IMG/VR virus record: IMGVR_UViG_3300009168_000001
Source: an uncultured virus (IMG/VR IMGVR_UViG_3300009168_000001)
Taxonomy: Duplodnaviria; Heunggongvirae; Uroviricota; Caudoviricetes
Reading direction: 5' to 3' (one strand)
DNA: 64,000 nucleotides
This document shows, in pieces, positions 10,990-19,965 of the stretch (its first letter is position 1; every line of letters starts with the position of its first letter). The notes under the pieces were generated by a model. It was not told where the DNA came from. It made no database searches and worked only from the letters and a program-made list of their open reading frames with translations. A program made the position numbers and the translations under genes.

Positions 10990-11331
10990 TCAAACGTCTC
11001 GGTCTTTGTCGTCATGCTTGCTCCTTTGATATCGCCGATAGTAATCCAGAGCGAGCGCGAACGGATCGGCGACGCCGTGCGACTCCCACCACGCAAGTTC
11101 GTTCCCGCTGTGGTGCTGCGCCATATGGTGCAGGTGTTTCAACGGCAACGCCCAACGATCATCGGGACGTTGTCCCATGGCGTTGGACTTGCCGTAGACG
11201 AAAGACGACGCACGAAGATGCGCGGCGTCACATGGTGGCGGCTGTAGGCATCCGCAGGCGCATCGTTGCCGGCGTAGCCACGCGAGGTAGCCCTCGTCAG
11301 ACAAGCGAGGTTTGCGCTGCCTCAGTGTCAC
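10990..11331 (-). CDS. DUF968/HNH-like small nuclease-fold protein
   Basis: YLAWLRRQRCACGC...CDAAH...DDRWALPL..H..QH; directly downstream of recT. Confidence 0.6.
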   Translation of the reverse strand: MTLRQRKPRLSDEGYLAWLRRQRCACGCLQPPPCDAAHLRASSFVYGKSNAMGQRPDDRWALPLKHLHHMAQHHSGNELAWWESHGVADPFALALDYYRRYQRSKHDDKDRDV

Positions 11332-11542
11332 CGTTTGGCTTTTCCTTTCGGCCCTGTCGCGCCGCCTGACGCGCTTTCGCCTTGGCCTTCCTGACTCTCG
11401 GCTTCGAATCCGGCAGGCTCTCCGACCACTTCTCCACCATCGCCGCCATAAGCTTGGCTTCCGCCTTGGTCTCGATCTCCATCGCCTCGATCACCAGCAC
11501 CGTCTTGCCGTCCTTCAACGTCAGACTCATTTCCGCGTTCAT
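11297..11542 (-). CDS. Small basic protein overlapping the RecT C-terminal tail
   Basis: Purine-rich RBS (AGAAGGGAGAGAAGA-ATG); protein-like composition. Confidence 0.45.
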   Translation of the reverse strand: MNAEMSLTLKDGKTVLVIEAMEIETKAEAKLMAAMVEKWSESLPDSKPRVRKAKAKARQAARQGRKEKPNGDTEAAQTSLV

Positions 11543-12320
11543 TCTTCTCTCCCTTCTCGGCGTCGCCGGGATTGGCTTCGCCCTCTATGACCGAGCTCTT
11601 GGTCGCTTCACGCGAGACGTGCTCGGCATCAAACCCTCGGCGCTCGGCGTGCTGCGCCTTCATCTCTTCCAGCCGCTTCGCCAGCGCTTCCGTCTTGCTC
11701 GGCGTCACGTCAATCGGCTCCGCCGGCAGTTCATCGACGGCATAGATGCCGAGGATGACGTCGGGACAGTACAGCCGCGCCCACGTGCGAGATGCCGAAT
11801 AGAACAACTGCACCTCGGGCTGCGTGTCCCACAACGGCGAGCCCTTGACTTGGCCGCGATCATTGCGGCCACGCGCGTCACGCAGCTTGCCCAGTGCCTC
11901 GCTGGTGTATTCGTGCGGCTTGTCCTCGCGCACGAACGTGCCCGACACCTTGCAGCGCCGCTCGTCGCCCTCGCCGAGTATCTCGAACCGCAGCCGACCC
12001 TTGAGAGGTGCCCGCGCCTCAACGATGGCGTGGATCAACTGGCTTTCGTAGGCGGTGCGGTCGTTCGCGATGTAGCTCTTGTTGGCTACGGCGAACGGCG
12101 ACATGCGCCACTCCAGTGCCTGCACCACGATGCCGAGACACGCCCCCGGGTTGCCCCGGAGATGTGCCGGCACCGCCGCGCCAGAGACCGCCATCAACTT
12201 GGCGAACTCCATCACTTCGATCATCGAGGTGAACTTTACACCGCCGATGTCGTGGCTGACGACGACGGCACCAGCGATGGTGCGATCAACGCGCCGTTCG
12301 ATTTCTGCAACATCAACCAT
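11328..12320 (-). CDS. recT: RecT-family single-strand annealing protein
   Basis: VPAHLRGNPGACL...WRMSPFAVA...YESQLIHA...WARLYCPDVILGIY..DE pattern; RecE-like gene nearby. Confidence 0.75.
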   Translation of the reverse strand: MVDVAEIERRVDRTIAGAVVVSHDIGGVKFTSMIEVMEFAKLMAVSGAAVPAHLRGNPGACLGIVVQALEWRMSPFAVANKSYIANDRTAYESQLIHAIVEARAPLKGRLRFEILGEGDERRCKVSGTFVREDKPHEYTSEALGKLRDARGRNDRGQVKGSPLWDTQPEVQLFYSASRTWARLYCPDVILGIYAVDELPAEPIDVTPSKTEALAKRLEEMKAQHAERRGFDAEHVSREATKSSVIEGEANPGDAEKGEKNERGNESDVEGRQDGAGDRGDGDRDQGGSQAYGGDGGEVVGEPAGFEAESQEGQGESASGGATGPKGKAKR

Positions 12321-12347
12321 TCACTTGCTCCTTTCTGACTTGCCTGT

Positions 12348-12668
12348 TCACTTGATCGTCGTCACCGGATCGGGCGTTACAAGCTGCATGTTCTTCAGCC
12401 CGTTCTCGACCTGCGCCTGTCCGTACTTCTGATTCAGTTCGACCATCTTCAGCAACTTGCCGCCTGCATTGCAAGTGGCGTTGCCGATTCCGGGTGTCAC
12501 CGATCCGTTGAGAAGGTCGGTCATCAATGCCGACATCAGCCCAGCGAATTGCTGCGCGGTGTGAATGCCGGCTTCGGCGAAGGCGAGACTCTTGGGGAGG
12601 CTTCGCTGTTGCCCTTGCTTAGCAGACGCTTTACCCGATTTAACTCCGCTCGACCTTTTAACAGCCAT
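12348..12668 (-). CDS. Hypothetical protein
   Basis: AGGAG RBS upstream; overlaps the 3' end of the Zn-finger gene. Confidence 0.5.
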   Translation of the reverse strand: MAVKRSSGVKSGKASAKQGQQRSLPKSLAFAEAGIHTAQQFAGLMSALMTDLLNGSVTPGIGNATCNAGGKLLKMVELNQKYGQAQVENGLKNMQLVTPDPVTTIK

Positions 12669-13639
12669 TGCTTTTCTCCTTTGGGGTTTGAAAGAATTTC
12701 CATCTCGTGTCGCTTCTTGTATTCCTTGATGTACTCTCGGTTGGCTATACTCCATGCTTTTTTGACACTGGCTTTCTGCTCCCTGCGACACCCATCAGAG
12801 CAAGTGTTACGGTCAGGGTGACCCATGAAAATTTCGTCGCAGATTATGCAGGCGTGACGAACGTCACGTGCTCGACCGCCTCGCTTGTGGCCCTTCTCTC
12901 GGACCAAACAGCCACATGACTTCTGTGGTCGCTTGCTACCCAACGCTGTGATGACAACCCACTTCCGCGTTCCGCAATCACATTGGCAGAGCCACCATGT
13001 GGCCGGTCGCCCGCTCCGCTTTCGCACCTCGCTTCTGATCGCGACAAGACGACCGAACCTCTGCCCCGTGATGTCCTTGCGCTTTGATGGATGCGGTATG
13101 TGACCGACGCATTTGATCGAGCAGCACCGTTGGTGCTTGGTCCCGATGAACTCTTCCCCACAGATTATGCACGTCCTTTGATGCCGCTTCCTTCTCGGAT
13201 TTCCGTAATCCCACGCGCACTGGTTCGAGCAGAACTTCGTTCGCGGTGCGCTTGCCAGTATCCAGCGTTTGCGCCCGCCTGCGTAGCTGCGCCCGGTGAC
13301 CAAGCGTTTCGCTTTGCGAGGTATCCGCCCTCCGCACTGCGCGCAATTATCGCGCGGCTCAATTTTCCGATCCCGCTTTTTGCGGGCAACTGTTCTGCAT
13401 GACGGGGAGCAGAATTTTTTCTTGTTGTCGGATGCGCTTTTTTCAAAGGGCCGGCCACAACCTTCACAAGGGACTTTGATGCGCTTCTGACGTTCGACTC
13501 GTTGTTCTGCGAGATGTCGGAGATAGACCTGTCTTGTGCATCGTGATGAGCAGGTCTTGGCCCTTGGCCCACGACCCTCCTTCGGGCCGCGTGGACCGCG
13601 AACGCTGAACTTCTTGCTACAGACGATGCACTGTTTCAT
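12536..13639 (-). CDS. Multi-zinc-finger protein with a homing-endonuclease-associated motif
   Basis: Five CxxC...CSxxC units plus DITGQRFGRLVAI...WLCQCDCG...SCGC; no HNH or GIY-YIG catalytic motif seen. Confidence 0.65.
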   Translation of the reverse strand: MKQCIVCSKKFSVRGPRGPKEGRGPRAKTCSSRCTRQVYLRHLAEQRVERQKRIKVPCEGCGRPFEKSASDNKKKFCSPSCRTVARKKRDRKIEPRDNCAQCGGRIPRKAKRLVTGRSYAGGRKRWILASAPRTKFCSNQCAWDYGNPRRKRHQRTCIICGEEFIGTKHQRCCSIKCVGHIPHPSKRKDITGQRFGRLVAIRSEVRKRSGRPATWWLCQCDCGTRKWVVITALGSKRPQKSCGCLVREKGHKRGGRARDVRHACIICDEIFMGHPDRNTCSDGCRREQKASVKKAWSIANREYIKEYKKRHEMEILSNPKGEKQWLLKGRAELNRVKRLLSKGNSEASPRVSPSPKPAFTPRSNSLG

Positions 13640-13646
13640 TTGGTGG

Positions 13647-14930
13647 TCATCGCTCCACCACGTAGGTCTTTTCGATCACACCGATCCGGTCATCGCCGCG
13701 CTTGTGCGACTTCACCGGGACGCGCTTGCGCACGGTGCCATCCTCGTTCTTCAGGATACGGAAGTGTGCCCTGACATCGTGCTCGCGATTCTTGTGGTGG
13801 GTGACAGCGCGCGCGATCACCTTCTCCACCGTCGACCGCTTCGCCAGATGCAGATGCAGCGTCTTGTGTTCGAGCGGCAACAGCGGCTTGCCGTTCTTCA
13901 TCGTTGGCGGCGTCATCTTCGGTTTGGTCTGCGGCGTGAACTTCGACTCCACACCGAGTTGGCCGGCACCGAGCGCGATGAGAAATCCCCAAATATGCCG
14001 GAGCTCGCCGGCCAATTCCTGCATCAAGACAAGATCGCTCTCGCGTATCTTGTCGTCATGGGCAGACAGGCAGGCATCGTAGGGATGGACGTTCGCATGG
14101 CGCACGCCGAAGGTTAGCGCGCGCATCCAGTGGTGGGCCTGATCGAGATTCACCTCATCGTTCGGGCTCGGGCTGATCACGTTCCACCAGAACGCCATCG
14201 GTCCGGTACAGACGCCCTCATCGAGCCGCGTGAAGTATCGGGCGAAGTGGGCTCCATTGACTCTCGGGTCTGGAGAGATCAGCCAGCCGGTACGCTCGAC
14301 CGCTGGCCCGGCTTCGGTTTCGCCGGCAGCGGTCTTGGTCAGCTTGATGCCGAGCTCCTTGACACGATCCAGCCGCGCGGTGTTGTCGATTTCAATCCAC
14401 GTCACCGGAAATGGCGGGATCGCGAGCGGACGCGCCGCTTCCAAGTCGGCGGCAATCGCAACCGAGAAGTCGGCCACCATCCGCGAGGTGTCGCGGTCGA
14501 GCGTGAAACAATGAGCCCTCCGCAGCATCATGCGCAGATCGTATTTGTCCTTGATCCATTGCAGCCCAACCGGATCGGTGAAAGTTGCCTCATGCACGTG
14601 GTCGATCAGCGCGCGGTCATCGACTTCCGATGCCGGGTTGCGTAATGGGCCGGCGTGCGACTTGAAACCATCCGGGCTGACGTCGGGCCGCTTGGGCTCG
14701 TTCGCAACGCGCAGCAACATCTTCGCCACGTTGTGATCGGGGCGAGCGGCGCGTTGCGTGCGGATGGTATTGTTGGCCGCACTGAACGAGCGGTCGCCTT
14801 TCTCGATGATGAGTTGGTTGCCTTCTTGCTTGACATTCATGCCGTCGCGAAGGGCTTGCTCTATCGTGCCGTTGACGTCGAAGTCAGGCGGCGCGTCGAA
14901 TACGACATCGCCTTTGCCGGGTTTGATCAT
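13647..14930 (-). CDS. Phage hypothetical protein (427 aa)
   Basis: Long ORF coupled to recE; C-terminal REHDVRAHFR...VKSHKRGD motif. Confidence 0.6.
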   Translation of the reverse strand: MIKPGKGDVVFDAPPDFDVNGTIEQALRDGMNVKQEGNQLIIEKGDRSFSAANNTIRTQRAARPDHNVAKMLLRVANEPKRPDVSPDGFKSHAGPLRNPASEVDDRALIDHVHEATFTDPVGLQWIKDKYDLRMMLRRAHCFTLDRDTSRMVADFSVAIAADLEAARPLAIPPFPVTWIEIDNTARLDRVKELGIKLTKTAAGETEAGPAVERTGWLISPDPRVNGAHFARYFTRLDEGVCTGPMAFWWNVISPSPNDEVNLDQAHHWMRALTFGVRHANVHPYDACLSAHDDKIRESDLVLMQELAGELRHIWGFLIALGAGQLGVESKFTPQTKPKMTPPTMKNGKPLLPLEHKTLHLHLAKRSTVEKVIARAVTHHKNREHDVRAHFRILKNEDGTVRKRVPVKSHKRGDDRIGVIEKTYVVER

Positions 14931-15856
14931 GCCAGTCCCTCCCGTTTCAGTCGCTCCTCGATCCGCGCGAACTCGTCGTTCGACAATGAGATCGATTGTA
15001 GGTCATCCTCTCCCGGTCCCGGGAAGCGGTTGATGTCCATGCAGCCCTTGATCTGCCGCAGCATCAGCCGGTTCTGTTGACGACCGAACGAAAGCGCCTT
15101 GTCCGACATAGGTACTGTGCGCGCACAGTACGGGTTCGCCGTCTCGATGAACATCAGCGTGAACGATTCGAACGGCTGACCGAGCATTTCACAGACTTCC
15201 CAGATCAACGCGCCTTGCATGTGGTACGCGTAGGTCCTGATCGAGCTCATCAGTGCCGGCGTGATCACTTCGCTCGCCGTCTTGAGATCGGCGAAGTCGC
15301 CGCTGTCGGTCGGGATCACGTCGGGTCGGACCTTGATCCATAGACCTGTCTCGCCATCCTTGAAGAAGCCAGACGTCTCCACGTATCCGCTCAACAGGCC
15401 ACGCTGCACCAATGGTACGCTTGCGAGCGATTGCGACATCGCGATGATCGACTGCAATTCATCCAGCGTGACGATGATCTTGTCGCCCTGTCGCGCATTC
15501 CAGTCCTTGCAGAAATCAGCGCCGTTGTGCCACGGCTTTTTCAGGCCGGTCTTTTTGTCCGGATATTCCGGCGGCTGTGCGATGAACTTCGTGGAGAAGC
15601 CATCCTCGCCGAGGAAGAGGTGATGCGCCGCCTGTCCGAGGATCATCGCGCGCGTCGACGCCTTCGCCTCGGCTTTCGGGTTCTCGCACCACTGCGCGTT
15701 CATGTGCGCAGGCGAGTGCGTCCAGCACCGACGCAGGTTTGACGATGACACCGCCGGGCCGTTGCAGATGCCGGCGGAGTGATATTTCTCGATGGGGATT
15801 CCTGAGACCCATCCGGGCTTGCTGATCGGGAGCCCATCCCATTTCCTGACTTGCAT
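14927..15856 (-). CDS. recE: RecE/ExoVIII-like PD-(D/E)XK exonuclease (DUF3799-like)
   Basis: YH...VSSSNL...GQAAH...KVRPD...ADLKT...YHMQGA motifs. Confidence 0.75.
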   Translation of the reverse strand: MQVRKWDGLPISKPGWVSGIPIEKYHSAGICNGPAVSSSNLRRCWTHSPAHMNAQWCENPKAEAKASTRAMILGQAAHHLFLGEDGFSTKFIAQPPEYPDKKTGLKKPWHNGADFCKDWNARQGDKIIVTLDELQSIIAMSQSLASVPLVQRGLLSGYVETSGFFKDGETGLWIKVRPDVIPTDSGDFADLKTASEVITPALMSSIRTYAYHMQGALIWEVCEMLGQPFESFTLMFIETANPYCARTVPMSDKALSFGRQQNRLMLRQIKGCMDINRFPGPGEDDLQSISLSNDEFARIEERLKREGLA

Positions 15857-15983
15857 TTCTGTTTGCTCCGTTTGAAAGATGTCCCCCGCGCCGTTCACCG
15901 GATGAGGGTGGAGCGACGCGGGGTTCTCAACGTCCGGGCGGGGGCCCACCCGAACGTCAACTGGCGATGCCGTTAACACCGAA

Positions 15984-16568
15984 CTAGGCCGGCATCGATC
16001 CAAGCTTGTAGACCGCGTAGCGCAGCTTGGCACCCTTTGCGCCCTTGGCTGCGTCACGCGCACCTGTTACCGGGCGATCCTTGCCAGAGCGACCAATCGC
16101 CGAGCGCACGCGGTGCGGCTTCAGCGTCACGGTGACCGGGCCATCGCGCTCGATGCGCTCCAGCAACTTCTGTTGGCCACCTTGCGTGTCGTTCAGCTTG
16201 GCGACCCAGCGGTCGTTGTGCTCGTAGACCTTGCACTTCGACGGCAGGCCGTGCTTGTCGACCTTGGTGACGACGAAGGCGCGTGAGTACTGCCAGTCGA
16301 CGTGACCCTCGACCGCGTGCGGAAACGCGTCCGAGTGGTTATAGGTGCAGATCGCCATCGCGCAGGCCGACGTTGAGCCGGCACCTTTGGCGTTGATCGA
16401 CTTGCGCACATGCGCTGCCGTCAACGTGATCTGAACCTCCTTGGTGGCATATTCCACCGTGGCCCACGCTTTGCGGACCTTCGACGTCCCGTCGCCGTTC
16501 TCCAGACGATAGAGAAACGGATGACGGACCATCGCAACCTTAGACTTCTTCTTCTTGGCTACTGCCAT
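15984..16568 (-). CDS. Basic hypothetical protein, first gene of the leftward arm
   Basis: 194 aa; no HTH/S24 repressor features. Confidence 0.6.
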   Translation of the reverse strand: MAVAKKKKSKVAMVRHPFLYRLENGDGTSKVRKAWATVEYATKEVQITLTAAHVRKSINAKGAGSTSACAMAICTYNHSDAFPHAVEGHVDWQYSRAFVVTKVDKHGLPSKCKVYEHNDRWVAKLNDTQGGQQKLLERIERDGPVTVTLKPHRVRSAIGRSGKDRPVTGARDAAKGAKGAKLRYAVYKLGSMPA

Positions 16569-16640
16569 TGTTGCTGCCTTTCTGCGGGCCATCGCCCACC
16601 GTGAGCGACCGATCAATCCAAGTCGCACTGTAGTCCGTAC

Positions 16641-16679
16641 AACATAGCCGGTTGAAAAATACTTACAAGAGGCTATGTT
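16641..16679. promoter_or_regulatory. Symmetric overlapping divergent promoters
   Basis: + strand TTGAAA-N16-TATGTT; - strand TTGTAA-N16-TATGTT; AACATAGCC/GGCTATGTT inverted repeat; AT-rich gap between divergent arms. Confidence 0.65.
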
Positions 16680-16767
16680 AGCCGATCAAAGGGTTATTGT
16701 TTAACTGCGGGAGTAACCAGTGATGGACTCACTTGTCGAAGCCAGACGATTCATGCGGGGCGAAATT

Positions 16768-17004
16768 ATGAGAAAGTCTAGCCCACGGCGGGACGCCGAG
16801 CGCGATCACGTCATGAAGTTTATTTTCTCCAAGCCGGGGTTCGCCAGCGTGATCGCCCGGCACCTCAAGGTTACGCACCAGAACGTCGCCGCTTGGAACA
16901 AGGTGCCGCCGCATCACGTGATGGCGGTGGCGTCGCTGATCGAGATGACGCCGGAGCAAATCCGGCCAGATATCTTCGGAGGCCGGCGAAAGAGGCGAAC
17001 ATGA
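16768..17004 (+). CDS. Cro/YdaS-like HTH regulator
   Basis: IARHLKVTHQNVAAWNKVP...EQIRPDIFG. Confidence 0.75.
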   Translation: MRKSSPRRDAERDHVMKFIFSKPGFASVIARHLKVTHQNVAAWNKVPPHHVMAVASLIEMTPEQIRPDIFGGRRKRRT

Positions 17005-17492
17005 TCTGGACGGATGAGGCCGACGATCTCCTCATCCGGCTTTGGGACCAAGGCGGATCGTTGGGCTATGTGGCGAACGGAATGAAACAGGCAGGCTACG
17101 TCGTGAGCCGTAACGCGGTCAGCGGACGCCGGCATCGCTTGCCACCAGAGGCCTTCAGGAGAGAGAGCCCGACCGCGATCAAGCCTGTCAGGGAGACGAA
17201 ACCGAAACCACCACCACCAAGGAGCAACGAAGTCGTGAAAGTAGCCGCAAGGAAACCGGTCAGCATCGCCGAGGTCGATGCGCTGTCGAAGCACATCGGC
17301 GTCGAGTATCTCGAACAGACGTCGTTCGGCTGCAAGGCGATCATGCCGTCGCGCGGTGGCACATGGGAATTGCAGCGCGTGTGCGGCAAGCCGCGCGGTC
17401 CGGACTACAACGGCAACCGGTCGTCGTACTGTCCGACGCACTTCCGGATGTTCACCAACCCGCTGCCGATGCCGAAGAAGGCGCACGGATGA
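17001..17492 (+). CDS. gcrA: GcrA-family cell-cycle regulator homologue
   Basis: N-terminus WTDEADDLLIRLWDQG...VSRNAVSGRRHRL; C-terminus LEQ...CK...VCG...SYCPTH. Confidence 0.8.
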   Translation: MIWTDEADDLLIRLWDQGGSLGYVANGMKQAGYVVSRNAVSGRRHRLPPEAFRRESPTAIKPVRETKPKPPPPRSNEVVKVAARKPVSIAEVDALSKHIGVEYLEQTSFGCKAIMPSRGGTWELQRVCGKPRGPDYNGNRSSYCPTHFRMFTNPLPMPKKAHG

Positions 17493-17803
17493 GCGAGACC
17501 TGTCCGCGCTGCGGCCAGCCACTGCCGCCGCAGAAGCGCTTGGGTGTCTACATGCCGCCGAAGAAGGCGGCGATCTTCGACTTCGTGCGCGATCATCCGA
17601 CCGTCACGGCGGAGGGCATCCGGGCGCAGTGCTTCAGAGACAATACGACGCTCAAGACGATCCGCGTGCACATCTGTCAGATCAACGATCTACTGGCCGG
17701 CACCGAGGTCATGATCAAGGGCGATATCATCAACGGCAAGCGCGAGCACGGTGGCTACCGGATCGTGAAGCGCGCGGCAAAGAAGTGGAAACCGAAGCGA
17801 TGA
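17489..17803 (+). CDS. Zn-ribbon + winged-helix-like protein
   Basis: CPRCGQ, then IFDFV...TIRVHICQINDLL...GYRI. Confidence 0.6.
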   Translation: MSETCPRCGQPLPPQKRLGVYMPPKKAAIFDFVRDHPTVTAEGIRAQCFRDNTTLKTIRVHICQINDLLAGTEVMIKGDIINGKREHGGYRIVKRAAKKWKPKR

Positions 17804-17999
17804 CTGACGACTACCTGCCGACCTTGGAGAAGGGTGAGACGCCACCGCCGGGCTTCGTCGGCTACAGCCACGACGGTCACTTCATCCATCACTGTCACTG
17901 CGGCAAGTTCGCGCCCTACGGGTTCGGCTATTTCCCGAAGAAGGGCGAGGCTGGCCGGTGGTTCTGCCGGGAGCACAGGCCGTGAAGCGCGCGAAGGAG

Positions 18000-18896
18000 A
18001 TGTCGAAGTACGACACGCTGAGCTATCTTCTCGGTGCCTACGGGACCAACCAGATGAACGAGCAACAATTCTGGGCAGCGATGAACGGAAGAGGCTACAC
18101 CAACGACGACATCGACGCATGGTGCGCCGAGTACTACCAACGGGAGGAAGTGAACGATGAGAGACGCAGAAAAGAAGCCGAAGATCGGACCGCGCGAACA
18201 GCAACTCCGCGATATGCGCGAGGCCCGGATCGCGAAGAACAAGCAACTGATCGACAAGAACGCCAAGGAGATCGCGGCGACGTTGCGGACCAAGGTCAAG
18301 GCCGGCGTCAAGGGACGCGCGACGAAGGTGGTGACCAAGGTCAAGGCGAAGCGCGGCAGAACTGGGAGATAATCGACGGCGAGATATGGATCACGCTGAC
18401 GCCGCAGATGATCACATGGGTCGATGGAATCGCGAGGGAGCGATGGCGGATCGCCCAAGCCGTTGGTGCCAATAACGAGGGCCGCGATCCCGAAAGGGTA
18501 TGGATCGATAAGCGGGATGGTTATCGTGCAGAGATGGCGGGCCGGCGGTTCTTCGGGCTCGATGTGTCGTGGTCGATCACCATACCGGTTGATGGCGTGC
18601 ATCGGCCCGACTTCTCTGACTTCATCGACGTCAAAGGTCGGACGAATTCGATCATGATGATGGGCGTCAACTGGCAATCGTTCGCGCCACACTACGCCTA
18701 CCTGTACATCTGCGGCGCGCAGCATCCGCGTTATCGTATCATCGGCTGGTGCTGGGGCTACGAGGCCGGCACGAGGGAGAGGTTCTATGACGCCTACCGC
18801 AAGAACAGGCCGGCGTTCTGGGTGGCGGAGGATGATCCGATCATGAAATCGCCATTCGAGTTGCGCGATCTTGCGTTGGCAAAGGTGATCAAATGA
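18000..18896 (+). CDS. Hypothetical protein; C-terminal half possibly PD-(D/E)XK nuclease-like
   Basis: AAGGAG RBS; AE...PDF...IDVK spacing. The middle third is the alternative frame of 18157-18372. Confidence 0.45.
   Translation: MSKYDTLSYLLGAYGTNQMNEQQFWAAMNGRGYTNDDIDAWCAEYYQREEVNDERRRKEAEDRTARTATPRYARGPDREEQATDRQERQGDRGDVADQGQGRRQGTRDEGGDQGQGEARQNWEIIDGEIWITLTPQMITWVDGIARERWRIAQAVGANNEGRDPERVWIDKRDGYRAEMAGRRFFGLDVSWSITIPVDGVHRPDFSDFIDVKGRTNSIMMMGVNWQSFAPHYAYLYICGAQHPRYRIIGWCWGYEAGTRERFYDAYRKNRPAFWVAEDDPIMKSPFELRDLALAKVIK
18157..18372 (+). CDS. Small Lys/Arg-rich protein nested in 18000-18896
   Basis: GGAGG RBS; high-GC codon usage. Confidence 0.5.
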   Translation: MRDAEKKPKIGPREQQLRDMREARIAKNKQLIDKNAKEIAATLRTKVKAGVKGRATKVVTKVKAKRGRTGR

Positions 18897-19441
18897 CCTT
18901 CACTGGCCGCATCCTCGCGCTCGATCTTGCCACGACGACGGGTTACGCCGTTGGCGTGCCGGGATCGGCACCGACCTGCGGCCACATCCGCTTCAGCAAG
19001 CCGGGCTCGACGCGCGCGGCGACCTATCACGCGTTCATTCACTGGCTCGACAAGACGTTCGGCGGGCGCGATGGAGAGCCGAGCGCGATCCCCGATCTGA
19101 TCGTCTACGAGTCGCCAGCCATTCCGTCGTTCATGGGTGGTCGGACCAACATCGAGACCACGCGCTTATTGTTCGGTCTCGCCGAGAATCTGGAGGCGTG
19201 GTGCTACGGCAAGACCGAATTGCGCGAGGCGACGACGAGCCAAGTGCGCTGCCACTTCCTCGGCCAGAACATGAAGGCCAAGATCGCCAAGCCGCTGACG
19301 CTGGAGCGGTGCCGCGACTTTGGCTGGCAGGTCGAGACCGAGGACGAGGCCGACGCCGCCGCGCTCTGGGACTACACCCAGTGCTGGCTCAATCCGCAGA
19401 TGGCGTTCAAGACGACGCCCTTGTTTCGGAAATTGAAATAG
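18893..19441 (+). CDS. RuvC-like Holliday junction resolvase
   Basis: ILALDLATTTGYA, IVYE and DEADAAAL acidic catalytic motifs. Confidence 0.8.
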   Translation: MTFTGRILALDLATTTGYAVGVPGSAPTCGHIRFSKPGSTRAATYHAFIHWLDKTFGGRDGEPSAIPDLIVYESPAIPSFMGGRTNIETTRLLFGLAENLEAWCYGKTELREATTSQVRCHFLGQNMKAKIAKPLTLERCRDFGWQVETEDEADAAALWDYTQCWLNPQMAFKTTPLFRKLK

Positions 19442-19497
19442 GTTTACGATGATGAACCCCCGCCACCGGGCCAAGGTGGCACCACAGGAGAACCATC

Positions 19498-19935
19498 ATG
19501 CTAGACAACGTCACACCTATGCCGACTCCTCCCGCAGCGGCACCTGTCGAGAAACTCCGCACCATCACGCTGACCGGACGTGCGCCGATCCAGATCAAGG
19601 AATCGGAATGGCCGATCATCGCCGAAGGTTGGTCGGGCTGGGATGATTCCAGCGGCGCGCCCTACTCCTTCGACGTCAAGTTCAAGGTGAGACAGGGCAA
19701 GCATAGCCGGATGATCATCTACGGGACGTGGGGCTATTGGGAAGATAACCCTGCGAACAGCCAGAACATCCGCGTCGGTCGCCACGCCACGGTGACCGAG
19801 GACCATGAACTTTGGAAGCATCTGCGGGAGGTCGGCGAGGAAATGCGCGAGCGCGTCCTGTACGAGAAGCTGAAGAAGCACGTGACGCTTGCGCTCGATA
19901 GTTGCTTCGAGAAGCTGAAGCCTCAGACCTACTGA
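19498..19935 (+). CDS. Hypothetical protein
   Basis: AGGAG RBS; 145 aa. Confidence 0.6.
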   Translation: MLDNVTPMPTPPAAAPVEKLRTITLTGRAPIQIKESEWPIIAEGWSGWDDSSGAPYSFDVKFKVRQGKHSRMIIYGTWGYWEDNPANSQNIRVGRHATVTEDHELWKHLREVGEEMRERVLYEKLKKHVTLALDSCFEKLKPQTY

Positions 19936-19948
19936 CCTATTCCATCGC

Positions 19949-19965
19949 CCACGTGGAGAGATATT
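19949..19965 (+). repeat. Intergenic motif CCACGTGGAGAGATATT, copy 2
   Basis: Identical to 1742-1758; match extends to 22 bp with one mismatch. Confidence 0.8.

Noticed and set aside
16690..16706. Possible CtrA box near the cro promoter
   Set aside because: Only a TTAAC half-site; no TTAA-N7-TTAA.
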